Source: a virus. Taken from it: a stretch of DNA of 64,000 nucleotides. The notes beneath the pieces were generated by a model. That model saw only the letters and a program-made list of their open reading frames with translations, was not told the DNA's origin and searched no databases. The stretch covers positions 1 to 64,000 of IMG/VR virus record IMGVR_UViG_3300032032_000001, one strand, 5' to 3'. The first letter of the stretch is position 1, and each line of letters opens with the position of its first letter. Position numbers and translations under genes: made by a program. Positions 42,102-50,816 of the stretch are shown piece by piece.

Positions 42102-42381
42102 AGGTAGTTTCCTCCATAAGTTTGTTGTGACAGTACACAACGACACCGTCATGATGATTGTAACAGTTACCATCGCACGGCAGTGATAGCCTGTTCCGGT
42201 TCTCCTTAATGTACTTTGTTAGTTTATCTCTTATTGGGTTAATTGGGCTATTTGTGACTTCATCTGTCTTATACTGAAGAAAGTCGTGTAATTGCTGGGT
42301 AGGCGTTGATGGGCAAGCCCGGACTCCCATCTGCTCCCAAACAATATGCAGCAACTCACTCTTACTCGCACCCGGGTTCAT
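42091..42381 (-). CDS. Hypothetical protein with C-terminal Cys/His cluster
   Basis: Overlaps both neighbours in the operon; LPCDGNCYNH...YCH. Confidence 0.6.
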   Translation of the reverse strand: MNPGASKSELLHIVWEQMGVRACPSTPTQQLHDFLQYKTDEVTNSPINPIRDKLTKYIKENRNRLSLPCDGNCYNHHDGVVVYCHNKLMEETTYGD

Positions 42382-42803
42382 GATAACTCCTGTATACTAA
42401 ACCTGATACCAACAAAGTCGCTATCAGGGCCGTGGTGCTTTTTTACGAACTCCTCTATAAAGCAGGAGTCATCAATAGCTAAGCACTCAGCAATAACGTC
42501 CTCTAGTACCTTGACCAAGTTAGATACGTCGCGTCGCTTATATCTAGTCTTGGCCTTCTTTGGCCACCCCTTGTTATATAACGAGGGTAGGAAATAGTGG
42601 ATATTTAATCGGTACGGGTGATCCGGATTCAGTGGGCGCTTTTTGAAGCCCACCTGCTTCGCAATTTGAACAGAGGCCTTAGCTTTGAACTGCTTCATTT
42701 TAGATGACGGCCTTGGGCCACGAGTCGTGTAAACGTACATGTCATTCACCGAGGGAGGGAGTATGTCAATCTCCGCCTCAAAAACAATTGGTTCAGTCTT
42801 CAC
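42378..42803 (-). CDS. rusA: RusA-like Holliday junction resolvase
   Basis: LPPSVNDMY and RRDVSNLVKVLEDV...IDDS motifs; start uncertain (GTG 42803 preferred over the track's 42884). Confidence 0.75.
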   Translation of the reverse strand: MKTEPIVFEAEIDILPPSVNDMYVYTTRGPRPSSKMKQFKAKASVQIAKQVGFKKRPLNPDHPYRLNIHYFLPSLYNKGWPKKAKTRYKRRDVSNLVKVLEDVIAECLAIDDSCFIEEFVKKHHGPDSDFVGIRFSIQELS

Positions 42804-43359
42804 GCCGCACCCGCTTAAAATTACCCGGAAAGGATTTAGATTTTGATGGCTGCGGCCTTGAGAAAACCTCTTGCCTGTCGCCATCCTCCTGGGTTCGGAA
42901 CCACAACTCCCGACCCAGCCGATCCATACTCTTACTTATTTTACGGAGCCTAGCCTCATGCACGTCTACCTGGGCTTTAAAATAAACGTAGTCTCTTTTG
43001 GCACCTAGGCATGATTTTGTGATGAACGCCTTCCGCAGCTCTGAGTTTGTAAGCTTGCTGTCCCTCGCCGTGGCCAAGGTGGCCTCCGCCGCGACAATTT
43101 CTAACCTAGCTTTGCTTATGGTCGCATAACTACTAGCCTTAGCCAGTTGGTCTGATATGTATTCGAAAAACGACAAATAGGAATCATACAGACCCTTGAT
43201 GTCCTCGTTTGGGAGGTACTTCAGGCCTTGTGGGATCCTAGGCTCCTCACCGGGTGGTTCCCGGTCAGGGGAAAATCCGGTAGCCCGTAAGTCGTTCTCT
43301 AACGTAGTTCTTAGCGCCAGGAAGACATCCTCCTCCTGGTCTGGTTTTTTATCCATCAA
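42793..43359 (-). CDS. Helical coiled-coil protein, possibly UvsY-like recombination mediator
   Basis: All-helical; sits in the recombination cluster; UvsY resemblance is weak. Confidence 0.4.
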   Translation of the reverse strand: MMDKKPDQEEDVFLALRTTLENDLRATGFSPDREPPGEEPRIPQGLKYLPNEDIKGLYDSYLSFFEYISDQLAKASSYATISKARLEIVAAEATLATARDSKLTNSELRKAFITKSCLGAKRDYVYFKAQVDVHEARLRKISKSMDRLGRELWFRTQEDGDRQEVFSRPQPSKSKSFPGNFKRVRRED

Positions 43360-43365
43360 TCCCCC

Positions 43366-44073
43366 TTAGAATTCGGGCTGACACGTGTGTGCGAACTTGC
43401 ATGTACGGCACACCCATTTATTAGGTTCTCTGGGTGGTTCTGTCCCGGCGGTTACATGCGCCTCGACACCCTTTATGACTTCAAGAACCTCCTCCCAGAT
43501 TCGGTTCTCAAACTTAACCTTGAACAGCCGCATAGAGCCAGTTGCACGATTCACATATAAGAGCTGACACCTGGGGATGTTCAGTGCAAACATGTATGCG
43601 TGTATCTGGTAAATATGCTCAGCTTTAGGTTTTGTAAGATTTCTGTAGACGCTTTCGCCGACCGTCTTGATCTCCAAGACCCACTCTTTGTCATAGAAAA
43701 CACCGTCACAGTGCCCAGCTATATGAAGGTCTTCGGAACTGATCGGGACTTCTGACTTGAAGTCTTCGAACTCTTTTTCTAGCTTAGCCTGGATCATGTC
43801 GTGAAGAGCATGTCCCATATCAAAAAGCATCCGAAGATCAGCAGGGATACGGCTCTCAGGCTCCTCCCCAATCCTGTCGTACCAAACAGCACGCTTACAC
43901 GCGCCAGGGTTTAGTGACGACGGGTGGTACACATGGGTTTTTCGGCTCCATGAGTCCTTGTTCATGTCCTCATGGATACGGTCAACCTCATTCATTATAT
44001 TGAAGTCTCTGTCCCACTCCGGCGCTTCCTCTCGAAGACACTTTTCTGGGACCCTAAACTTTTTCTTTGTCAT
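43366..44073 (-). CDS. Cas4-like PD-(D/E)xK exonuclease with Fe-S cysteines
   Basis: HPSSL..AC.R..WY, GHALHD, GHCDG, LEIKT, QIHAYM and C-terminal CRTCKFAHTC. Confidence 0.85.
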   Translation of the reverse strand: MTKKKFRVPEKCLREEAPEWDRDFNIMNEVDRIHEDMNKDSWSRKTHVYHPSSLNPGACKRAVWYDRIGEEPESRIPADLRMLFDMGHALHDMIQAKLEKEFEDFKSEVPISSEDLHIAGHCDGVFYDKEWVLEIKTVGESVYRNLTKPKAEHIYQIHAYMFALNIPRCQLLYVNRATGSMRLFKVKFENRIWEEVLEVIKGVEAHVTAGTEPPREPNKWVCRTCKFAHTCQPEF

Positions 44074-44837
44074 TCTGGTATTCCTTTTGCGAACTCAAGG
44101 AATTTACCGTAACTCATGATGGTGTACTCATTGGTTCCTATTGTAAGCGTGATACGCTGCCCAGTGAGAAGCGCACTTACGTGGTTAAGTGTTATGGTGA
44201 AACTCTTCTTCGGCGGCCTGCCACCAAGACAGGACAGCCCCTCAAATGAGTCCAAAAAGTTATCATCAAGCTCCTGGTGTGGGACGACGGCAACTTCGCC
44301 CCCTTTGTTAAGCTCGATTATGTAGGCTGGTATCTTTCCTTGTGAGTACGCTTGCTTCCTCAGAAACTCTAAGTCTTTCACGCTCACACTCATCTTATTG
44401 CTCTTAGTTGTCTTGGCCTCGACGAGGATACTTGGGGTTATTACATCCCTTCGGTAGCCCCATCTGGATCCGGAGGCGGGCTGTCGCTTACCATCCAGGT
44501 CTTCAGCTATTCTTACTTCTTGTTTTTTGCTGGCCTCATGGTTCGTCAACACGGCTATAGCCTCCTCTATTACTACGTAATATTTATCATTCTCGTAAAT
44601 GTCCTCAGCGCTTTTAGTCCAGTCGATTCTTCCTAGGATCATCCTAGCAAGCTCTAAGAACTTCTCGGGCACATACACCAGCACCGCTAAGCCACTCTCA
44701 ACATGCGTTATGTTGTAGTCCGTATCGAGCCGTGCCGACCCAGGACGCTTATGCATAAAGAGTCCAGGAAGGAACGGTAACGCGTCGATAACGACTAACT
44801 TGCCTTGCGGGCCGGTGCATATACTCAATCTAGCCAT
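44070..44837 (-). CDS. PD-(D/E)xK nuclease (Hjc-like resolvase domain) with extra N-terminal domain
   Basis: KKQEVRIAEDLDGKRQPASGS...RRDV...LVEAKTT. Confidence 0.65.
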   Translation of the reverse strand: MARLSICTGPQGKLVVIDALPFLPGLFMHKRPGSARLDTDYNITHVESGLAVLVYVPEKFLELARMILGRIDWTKSAEDIYENDKYYVVIEEAIAVLTNHEASKKQEVRIAEDLDGKRQPASGSRWGYRRDVITPSILVEAKTTKSNKMSVSVKDLEFLRKQAYSQGKIPAYIIELNKGGEVAVVPHQELDDNFLDSFEGLSCLGGRPPKKSFTITLNHVSALLTGQRITLTIGTNEYTIMSYGKFLEFAKGIPE

Positions 44838-45882
44838 CGGAAACCCTCTTCAAAACTTCTGCCCTAACTTCAGCAACCAGCTTCGGGGACTTCTTCAGTA
44901 CATCAACGACGCCCTCTAGTCCGCCTTCTATCTTGTCCTCGTAATCCAGGATGTAATAGAAGCGACCCTTGTTAAAGACTACGTTATACGCCTTGGCGCT
45001 ATTAGCAAGATCTGCGACCATATCGACCCCCTCATTAAACATGAAGGTGTACTCGCCCTCAGACCCCTCGCTTATCCCATGCTTGCCTTTGGAGATTTTC
45101 CATTTAATGTCTTTACCTACCTTCTCCTTGCCCTTCTTTATAAAGGCCCCGGGGCGTAGGTGGATATCGACAGCTTTGGCGTGCTTGAGGGCGTAGCCCC
45201 CAGGCTGGGTATACGGATTATACTTCGCTGAGTGTGCGTTCATGTTGGCCCGTACAGGGTTAATCATTACAACGCAGGTACCGTTTGGTGTACCGTCCTC
45301 GCCAGGAACACGCATGGCGCTATAGAATTTGCGACAGAAGTTACTAAGCAGTGACGCCCAAGTCGCTATTTTAGCGTCCTCACCTAGCCCTTTGACCACG
45401 TTGTCCCGAGTCTCCCCGGACCCTAACTCGTTGATAACCAGAAGCTGAAATTTCTGAGACTTTACAATCTCAAGCATAACGTCCAGCATAACCTCTGCGG
45501 GCTTATCTGAATCTTCAGAAGCTAGGTCTACGAATAGGAAATTTCCGGTGCCTGATAGATCAACACCCGCAAGCTCCATGAAAGAAGGGTCAGGTTTGTA
45601 GCCAAATGACATCCAGGCGACATTGGACTCAGCGCCATACTTCTTTTGTACCTCTGCGATAAGTCTGTTGGAAAGGTAGTCTTTACCAACGCCGTCAGGA
45701 CCAAATAACTGGATCATTGACCCAGCAGGAAGCCCACCCTTCAGAGCGATATCAAGTGACAATATCCCCGTTGGGAGTCTCGTATCGAACGGGGTAGCTA
45801 CCTCAGACATTGGCTGTATTACAGCGGCTCCGCCCATTCTTTTTTGTACACTCTTAATAAGTTGGCTTATGTCGTTAGCCAT
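44830..45882 (-). CDS. recA: RecA/UvsX-like protein with degenerate ATPase motifs
   Basis: LPTGILSLDIALKGGLPAGSMIQLFGPDGVGKD, PGGYALKH and KISKGK show clear RecA architecture, but key catalytic residues are altered. Confidence 0.8.
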   Translation of the reverse strand: MANDISQLIKSVQKRMGGAAVIQPMSEVATPFDTRLPTGILSLDIALKGGLPAGSMIQLFGPDGVGKDYLSNRLIAEVQKKYGAESNVAWMSFGYKPDPSFMELAGVDLSGTGNFLFVDLASEDSDKPAEVMLDVMLEIVKSQKFQLLVINELGSGETRDNVVKGLGEDAKIATWASLLSNFCRKFYSAMRVPGEDGTPNGTCVVMINPVRANMNAHSAKYNPYTQPGGYALKHAKAVDIHLRPGAFIKKGKEKVGKDIKWKISKGKHGISEGSEGEYTFMFNEGVDMVADLANSAKAYNVVFNKGRFYYILDYEDKIEGGLEGVVDVLKKSPKLVAEVRAEVLKRVSDG

Positions 45883-46127
45883 TATTCCTCCTCAAGCTCC
45901 TTCTTGATCTTCTTGAATTCATCAGCAAGCTCAGGGCTTACCTCCTCAAGATTCTCGTCGTAGAGCTTAGTCATGTCGTTAAATAGTTTCATTTTGAAAT
46001 CTTTGATCATGCTCGGAGCCTCGCCAGACGCGACCTTTTCCATCGCCTCATCCTCGGACTCACAGAGCTTCATTTTGATTAGGGTAGCAACCACTTGAGT
46101 TGAGTCCCCGTACTTTTCCATAGCCAT
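45882..46127 (-). CDS. Hypothetical acidic protein
   Basis: AAGGAG RBS; MEKYG and MEKVAS motifs. Confidence 0.6.
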   Translation of the reverse strand: MAMEKYGDSTQVVATLIKMKLCESEDEAMEKVASGEAPSMIKDFKMKLFNDMTKLYDENLEEVSPELADEFKKIKKELEEE

Positions 46128-46621
46128 TACTTATCTCCTTCTGGGTCTAGTCTGATCAGTGAATCGCGCTCTTTACCCATGATTGTTTTAGCATGGTCCG
46201 CTCCGATCACCCCGAGGTTCACGGTGAGGTACGCACCATTAGTTAGTTCGATTATTGCGTTGTCGTCACCTGTGCACAGGAATAGGTTTCCGATAGTGTC
46301 CCCCTCCTCCAAGCAGGTATTTACCGCCCCCGCGATTTCTCGCAAGGCTTCCCTTCGGGCGTCGAAAATATTACTGAGTTCTGTTGCCACGATTCTCTCC
46401 TTCTGGTCTCTTGTTTTTGCTTTTATCAACCACTCCTCCTTGGAAGCCGTTGATCTTGTTGAAAAGCCTCTTGAGTAAATTAACCTAACAGGTCGCCTAC
46501 TCTTTGTATATCTTGCTCCACGTTCGGAGTGGTTATGCTCCCAGACGCGCCTACCCACATCGGTTGTTATGCCGGTGTAGATAGACCCGCCTGAGCACAT
46601 TACGGTGTAGACTGCCCACAC
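46127..46621 (-). CDS. GIY-YIG nuclease (UPF0213/YhbQ-like) with C-terminal extension
   Basis: WAVYTVMCSGGSIYTGITTDVGRRVWEHN...GARYTKSRRPVRLIY...ASKEEWLIK. Confidence 0.85.
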   Translation of the reverse strand: MWAVYTVMCSGGSIYTGITTDVGRRVWEHNHSERGARYTKSRRPVRLIYSRGFSTRSTASKEEWLIKAKTRDQKERIVATELSNIFDARREALREIAGAVNTCLEEGDTIGNLFLCTGDDNAIIELTNGAYLTVNLGVIGADHAKTIMGKERDSLIRLDPEGDK

Positions 46622-46690
46622 TTATCTATAATCCCTAAGGTAGATAAGTATGGACATTCCGGCCACCATTCCAAAAATGAATGACATCAT
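46622..46690 (-). CDS. 22-aa single-pass membrane microprotein (not in ORF track)
   Basis: MMSFIFGMVAGMSILIYLRDYR*; GGAG upstream; fills the gap between neighbours. Confidence 0.6.
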   Translation of the reverse strand: MMSFIFGMVAGMSILIYLRDYR

Positions 46691-46693
46691 CAA

Positions 46694-47029
46694 TTACTCC
46701 GGTAGAAGTGATAGCTGTTTAGGTTCTGGTGGGATAAGCTCCCATACCGTAGCCCCTCTACCACTTCTTGTAGGCCTTCTGCTACCACTATCCCTAATAT
46801 GGCCAGACAGGACCAGCTCTCTTCGACGAGCACTGGCTGTCTGATGTCTTAGGTCTAGGGCAACTTCAACCTCATCGTCAGTAGCTCCCTGAAGCCCCGC
46901 CTCCTTGATGAAGGTGAGGACCTTAAAGCGCAGTGTGGACGAAGATGGCTTAATTGACTCTGCCGCAGCTTCACTTGTATCTGAACCACTAACGAATGGT
47001 GGATTCCCTCCATAGCTTTCATGGCTCAT
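46694..47029 (-). CDS. Winged-helix DNA-binding protein
   Basis: GATDDEVEVALDLRHQTASARRRELVLSGHI...RPTRSGRGATVW. Confidence 0.7.
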   Translation of the reverse strand: MSHESYGGNPPFVSGSDTSEAAAESIKPSSSTLRFKVLTFIKEAGLQGATDDEVEVALDLRHQTASARRRELVLSGHIRDSGSRRPTRSGRGATVWELIPPEPKQLSLLPE

Positions 47030-47220
47030 AAGCCCTCCTCATCCAGTCTGGCCCCTGTAGTGATTTCGTAATGGAGGATCTCCCCAGTAGACAGGCACTC
47101 TACAGAAGCAACTGTTTCTTCAGTCTTGATTCGCTCAACGGTCTCCCGAAGGGCGTGCCAAGGGGATTCAGCAGTAAGCTCATCTTCAATTATTACTCTG
47201 TAATGTCGCTCATCACTCAT
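47026..47220 (-). CDS. Hypothetical protein
   Basis: Overlapping start/stop coupling in the operon. Confidence 0.55.
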   Translation of the reverse strand: MSDERHYRVIIEDELTAESPWHALRETVERIKTEETVASVECLSTGEILHYEITTGARLDEEGL

Positions 47221-47458
47221 CTACCCACTCCGTAGCTTCTTTGAGGGTCATAGGCTGTATAAACAGCGGAGTGCTATCACCAACCCAAGCGCCAAGCGTA
47301 TTGTATTCAAAGAAATCCTCGGCCTCTTCTCTTGTGCCGCCGTCACGCATAAGTATCTCTATGCATTTTTCACGGTCGTATGCAGCGACAGGTACAGAAA
47401 AACCATACCTATGCGCCACACCCACGAAGGCCTCCTCTAATCCGTTAGCCAGCATCAT
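47213..47458 (-). CDS. Conserved small phage protein
   Basis: AAGGAGG RBS before ATG 47458; GLEEAFVGV...AAYDREKCIEIL...EEAEDFFEYNTLGAWVGDSTP is a pattern common in phages. Confidence 0.7.
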   Translation of the reverse strand: MMLANGLEEAFVGVAHRYGFSVPVAAYDREKCIEILMRDGGTREEAEDFFEYNTLGAWVGDSTPLFIQPMTLKEATEWVDE

Positions 47459-47672
47459 GAGCAGCCTCCTTCGTAACACTCCCACACAGAAAGCATCTGA
47501 TTTCGACGCTTAGTGCTGAGTCGTTAACGTACGAAACGCCTTCACAGAATGCTTGCGCCTCGGCCTTTGATACGGGCCCGAAAATTGAGCCACCACTATT
47601 TACTTCCTCGTAGTCGGAATCGTCTAGATCCCCTACAACAACAACATGGTATAGGTGCGGTATATCCGTCAT
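47445..47672 (-). CDS. Hypothetical protein
   Basis: ATGA coupling to the polA stop; GGAG RBS. Confidence 0.55.
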   Translation of the reverse strand: MTDIPHLYHVVVVGDLDDSDYEEVNSGGSIFGPVSKAEAQAFCEGVSYVNDSALSVEIRCFLCGSVTKEAAHDAG

Positions 47673-49558
47673 TTACACTCCAGCCAGTTCGAGCCGTATT
47701 TGCTCGTGGTTTCGAGCGGTACATCTAAATCAAAGTAAAAAGGGTGCCCCATAAGATATGCGATACGCTCGTTTAGCTCTTTGTCTTCAGACCACTCATT
47801 TGGTATTTCAAATACAATTTCATCATGAACCTGGATGATCATTCGACACCCAGACTTTGTAACTAGCGGGTCTTCCCACAGCTTTACCATCGCCATTTTA
47901 GTGATGTCTGCCGCAGAACCCTGAATAGGTGAGTTCTTCACCTTGCGCTCCGCTTGTGCAACATCACCACCCACCCGGGACCTTAGTCCTGGGACAAGTC
48001 GGCGACGCCCTAAGATCGTGGAGCAAAACCCAACATCTCTTGCGTCACCGATGGCTCTCTTGAAATACTTAGTCACCTTCGGAAAGGCGGAGAAGTACTG
48101 CTTGATAAGCAACCGAGCCTCATCAATATGGCAACCTAAGGTTCCCGCCAAAGCACCGGCACCCTGTCCATACATGAGTCCGAAGTTGATAGCCTTTGCG
48201 CCTTTTCTGTGGCCAAGAAGCTTTTTCTCATATTCGGAGATCTCTTCATCGTTATCGTCTTTCCTGCGAGCCTTGATGATGTCCTCATATGGAACCTTAA
48301 ACATCTTGGCCGCTGTAGACGAGTGAACGTCGAGACCGCTGCGTATGGACTCTGATAGGGTATTGTCTCCGGACAGGTGCGCCAAGATCCTCATCTCTAG
48401 TTGGGCATAATCTGCTGCGAGCAGGGTGTACCCAGAGCTGGGGAGATAGGCTGACCTAATGTACGGTGGCTGGTTTTGTAGGTTAGGATCGCTCGAACTA
48501 AGTCGCCCCGTTCTTGCGCCCGTCTGATTGAACGATGCGTGGATTTTCCCATCGACATGGATCTTTTCAAGGAGGTTAGAGATGTAAGTCCCAAGCTTCT
48601 TATCCAGATCCCTGTACTCCAGGAGCTTCTCTGCGTAGTCACAACCGTCCTTAGCCCACTTACCCAAGACATCTTTATTGAGTTGGGGTTTTCCTTTTTC
48701 CGTGTGAGACAGGGGCCTGCGCCCAAGATCCCCGAAAAAGAACTCACCCATTTGATCATTACTCTTTAGGTTTACATATAAGCGACCAGTAGCCCTCCCA
48801 AACCATTTCTGGATTGACAGGAGTTTGTCCTCGATAATCGGAGCCTGTTCGAGGAGGTCGTCTCTGTTGATGACTACCCCGTGGCGCTCCATCTCCCAGA
48901 GGACTCTGGTGAAAGGAAGCTCCGTTTTCACGTAGTAATCCCACAAGGTGGGGTATTCGTCGTCTGGTATTTCGAGAGTCAGCAACTCTTCCCTGACCTC
49001 AAAGAAAAGCTTATATGTGGCGTATGCATCAAGAGCAGCGTAGTTGCAGACTATGTCCTCGTTCTCAGCGTCAAGGAGAACTTCATGAAGCTTCCTCTTC
49101 CTCAATTGTTTACCGAACACAGCCTTAAACGGAACCATGTCGATGCCGAGGTAGTGTTTAGATAGAAACTTTAAGTCATGAGCGAGGGTGTCATCCACCA
49201 GAGCGTGCATAACCATTGTGTCGTAGACACGGTAATGATTATGTTGTGCGTGGCGGTAGACATCGATCCCTATATTAAGAAGCATCCAACAGTCAAAGTT
49301 GGCGTTATGCATAATAAGTTTTATTTCGGGATCTTCTAATAGGTCTTTGAAGTAAGGAATTACTTCAGGCCAGATGGCCCAACGTTCTTCGCCATCACTG
49401 ATAGCCAGGATGATGGCGCGGTCTTTTTGCCGAGACAGGCCGGTTGTTTCAGTATCAACCGCTAATATTGGTTTAGCGCGTAAGCGCTCCACAACTTCCA
49501 GAGCCTCGTCCGGGTCAGCGACACGCACGGGTTCCGGGAGAACAGAAAACATTCCCAT
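47669..49558 (-). CDS. polA: Family A DNA polymerase (3'-5' exonuclease + polymerase)
   Basis: DTETTG, HNANFD and YAALDA exonuclease motifs; TGRLSSSDPNLQN, DYAQLEMR, KAINFGLMYG and QVHDE polymerase motifs. Confidence 0.95.
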   Translation of the reverse strand: MGMFSVLPEPVRVADPDEALEVVERLRAKPILAVDTETTGLSRQKDRAIILAISDGEERWAIWPEVIPYFKDLLEDPEIKLIMHNANFDCWMLLNIGIDVYRHAQHNHYRVYDTMVMHALVDDTLAHDLKFLSKHYLGIDMVPFKAVFGKQLRKRKLHEVLLDAENEDIVCNYAALDAYATYKLFFEVREELLTLEIPDDEYPTLWDYYVKTELPFTRVLWEMERHGVVINRDDLLEQAPIIEDKLLSIQKWFGRATGRLYVNLKSNDQMGEFFFGDLGRRPLSHTEKGKPQLNKDVLGKWAKDGCDYAEKLLEYRDLDKKLGTYISNLLEKIHVDGKIHASFNQTGARTGRLSSSDPNLQNQPPYIRSAYLPSSGYTLLAADYAQLEMRILAHLSGDNTLSESIRSGLDVHSSTAAKMFKVPYEDIIKARRKDDNDEEISEYEKKLLGHRKGAKAINFGLMYGQGAGALAGTLGCHIDEARLLIKQYFSAFPKVTKYFKRAIGDARDVGFCSTILGRRRLVPGLRSRVGGDVAQAERKVKNSPIQGSAADITKMAMVKLWEDPLVTKSGCRMIIQVHDEIVFEIPNEWSEDKELNERIAYLMGHPFYFDLDVPLETTSKYGSNWLECK

Positions 49559-49574
49559 CGTTACCTCCTTGGGG

Positions 49575-49631
49575 AAAAAACAGAACGCAGGAGGGAGGAG
49601 TGCGGTTAAGAAAACCTCCCCCCTGCTTCTG
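49575..49631 (-). terminator. Intrinsic terminator/attenuator between ssb and polA
   Basis: Minus strand CAGAAGCAGGGGGGAGG-(16-nt loop)-CCTCCCTCCTGCGTTCTG-TTTTTT, immediately before the polA RBS AAGGAGG. Confidence 0.75.
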
Positions 49632-49645
49632 CTAGTCTTTAGGGA

Positions 49646-50797
49646 TTAGAACGGGATGGAATCGTCGTCTTCCTCGTCGTGCCCCGCCTCATAGTGCTTG
49701 TCCAGAATGGTTTGAGCAGATCCGTCAAACGGATTGTCTCGCCCCATGGACTTTGCTTGATCATCTAGCTCCTGCATACCCAGGAAGTAATTGAAGTCGA
49801 ATGGGTCAAGATCGCCATCTCTAGCGTCCTCGATAGGTTCAGACTTCATTGCGCTAACGATGTGAAAGGACGTACGTCCCCCGCTGACTTGGTCAGCAGC
49901 AATCACAACATCGCACTCTTCCCACCCAAGCTGGGTTGGGCTATCACAACCTTGTGTGTAGGTTTTTCGACTACCAAAACCTTTCGGCTTAACACACTCA
50001 ATGATGTGGTCAGCCATGCCATGGTACTCGCACTCCTCACACGTAACAGGCGCAGTTCGCAGAGCGTCCTCATCCTCCTCGGAGATTCCTTCCTCGGAAG
50101 TATGTGACGCAAGCTCAGTCCCACAATCACCACACTTATATCCAATCGTGCTGATCTCCCCATCGGAGCAACTGGCACATTTGTTGGACACTTCGCTAAG
50201 CTTTTCGAGAAGCAGGCGCTTCTGTGAGGGCCACAGCTCCCACCAAAGCTTCCTTCCGTAGACGATGTCGTAGTCAGCGTGGGCCGAACTTGGGTGAGAA
50301 ATACGCCCATTTCGGTCCGGTGCCGGTACGCGTTCAAACGTAAAGTATTCGTAACCGTTACTACTCGTGTGTGGGATCTTGTAAAAATCCTCCATCACGA
50401 ACACGGATACAGCACACTTCTCATCTGCCCAGAAGCTCTCGTTTTCATCTTCGGCGCAATAGTAATAGAGGACGCAAGGAACCTCACGTTCACCATTCCA
50501 GCTGTTGCTGATGATTTGGCGCTTTTGCCCCGTAGGCGTTGTCACCCATTTGGCGTAGTACTTGTAGAAAGCACCCTTACTACTTGTTGGGATGATACGG
50601 ATGCGGGTCTCCATCTCATCGGGTTTGAATTTATTGTCCCGCATACGAAGCTTCCATGCCGGTACGCGCTTCTTCTCAAAGTTAGCGCCCCCAGCACCGT
50701 TGCCCTTGAAGGATTTTCCACCCTTCTTGGACAGCATCTTGCTTCGGACTTTGGACTCTTTCTGTTGTGCATGAAATTCATCAAAACTAATTGGCAT
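49646..50797 (-). CDS. Probable single-stranded DNA-binding protein with Zn-ribbon insertion
   Basis: Acidic tail DEEDDDSIPF; TRIRIIP gp32-like start; CASC, CGDC and CEEC pairs; lies between primase and polA. Confidence 0.65.
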   Translation of the reverse strand: MPISFDEFHAQQKESKVRSKMLSKKGGKSFKGNGAGGANFEKKRVPAWKLRMRDNKFKPDEMETRIRIIPTSSKGAFYKYYAKWVTTPTGQKRQIISNSWNGEREVPCVLYYYCAEDENESFWADEKCAVSVFVMEDFYKIPHTSSNGYEYFTFERVPAPDRNGRISHPSSAHADYDIVYGRKLWWELWPSQKRLLLEKLSEVSNKCASCSDGEISTIGYKCGDCGTELASHTSEEGISEEDEDALRTAPVTCEECEYHGMADHIIECVKPKGFGSRKTYTQGCDSPTQLGWEECDVVIAADQVSGGRTSFHIVSAMKSEPIEDARDGDLDPFDFNYFLGMQELDDQAKSMGRDNPFDGSAQTILDKHYEAGHDEEDDDSIPF

Positions 50798-50816
50798 TTT
50801 TTTCTCCTTTTTTTGG

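Noticed and set aside
43366-44073. Cas4-like gene as evidence of a CRISPR-Cas system
   Set aside because: No repeat-spacer array or other cas genes seen; solo Cas4-like nucleases are common in phage recombination clusters.
46127-46621. GIY-YIG as a homing endonuclease of an intron
   Set aside because: It is of the short UPF0213 type, free-standing, and flanking genes (polA, recA) are uninterrupted; no intein or intron signature seen.
46127-47029. Three consecutive in-frame ORFs separated by TAA, suggesting read-through or stop recoding
   Set aside because: TAA, TAG and TGA all end well-defined genes elsewhere, and each ORF has its own plausible start.
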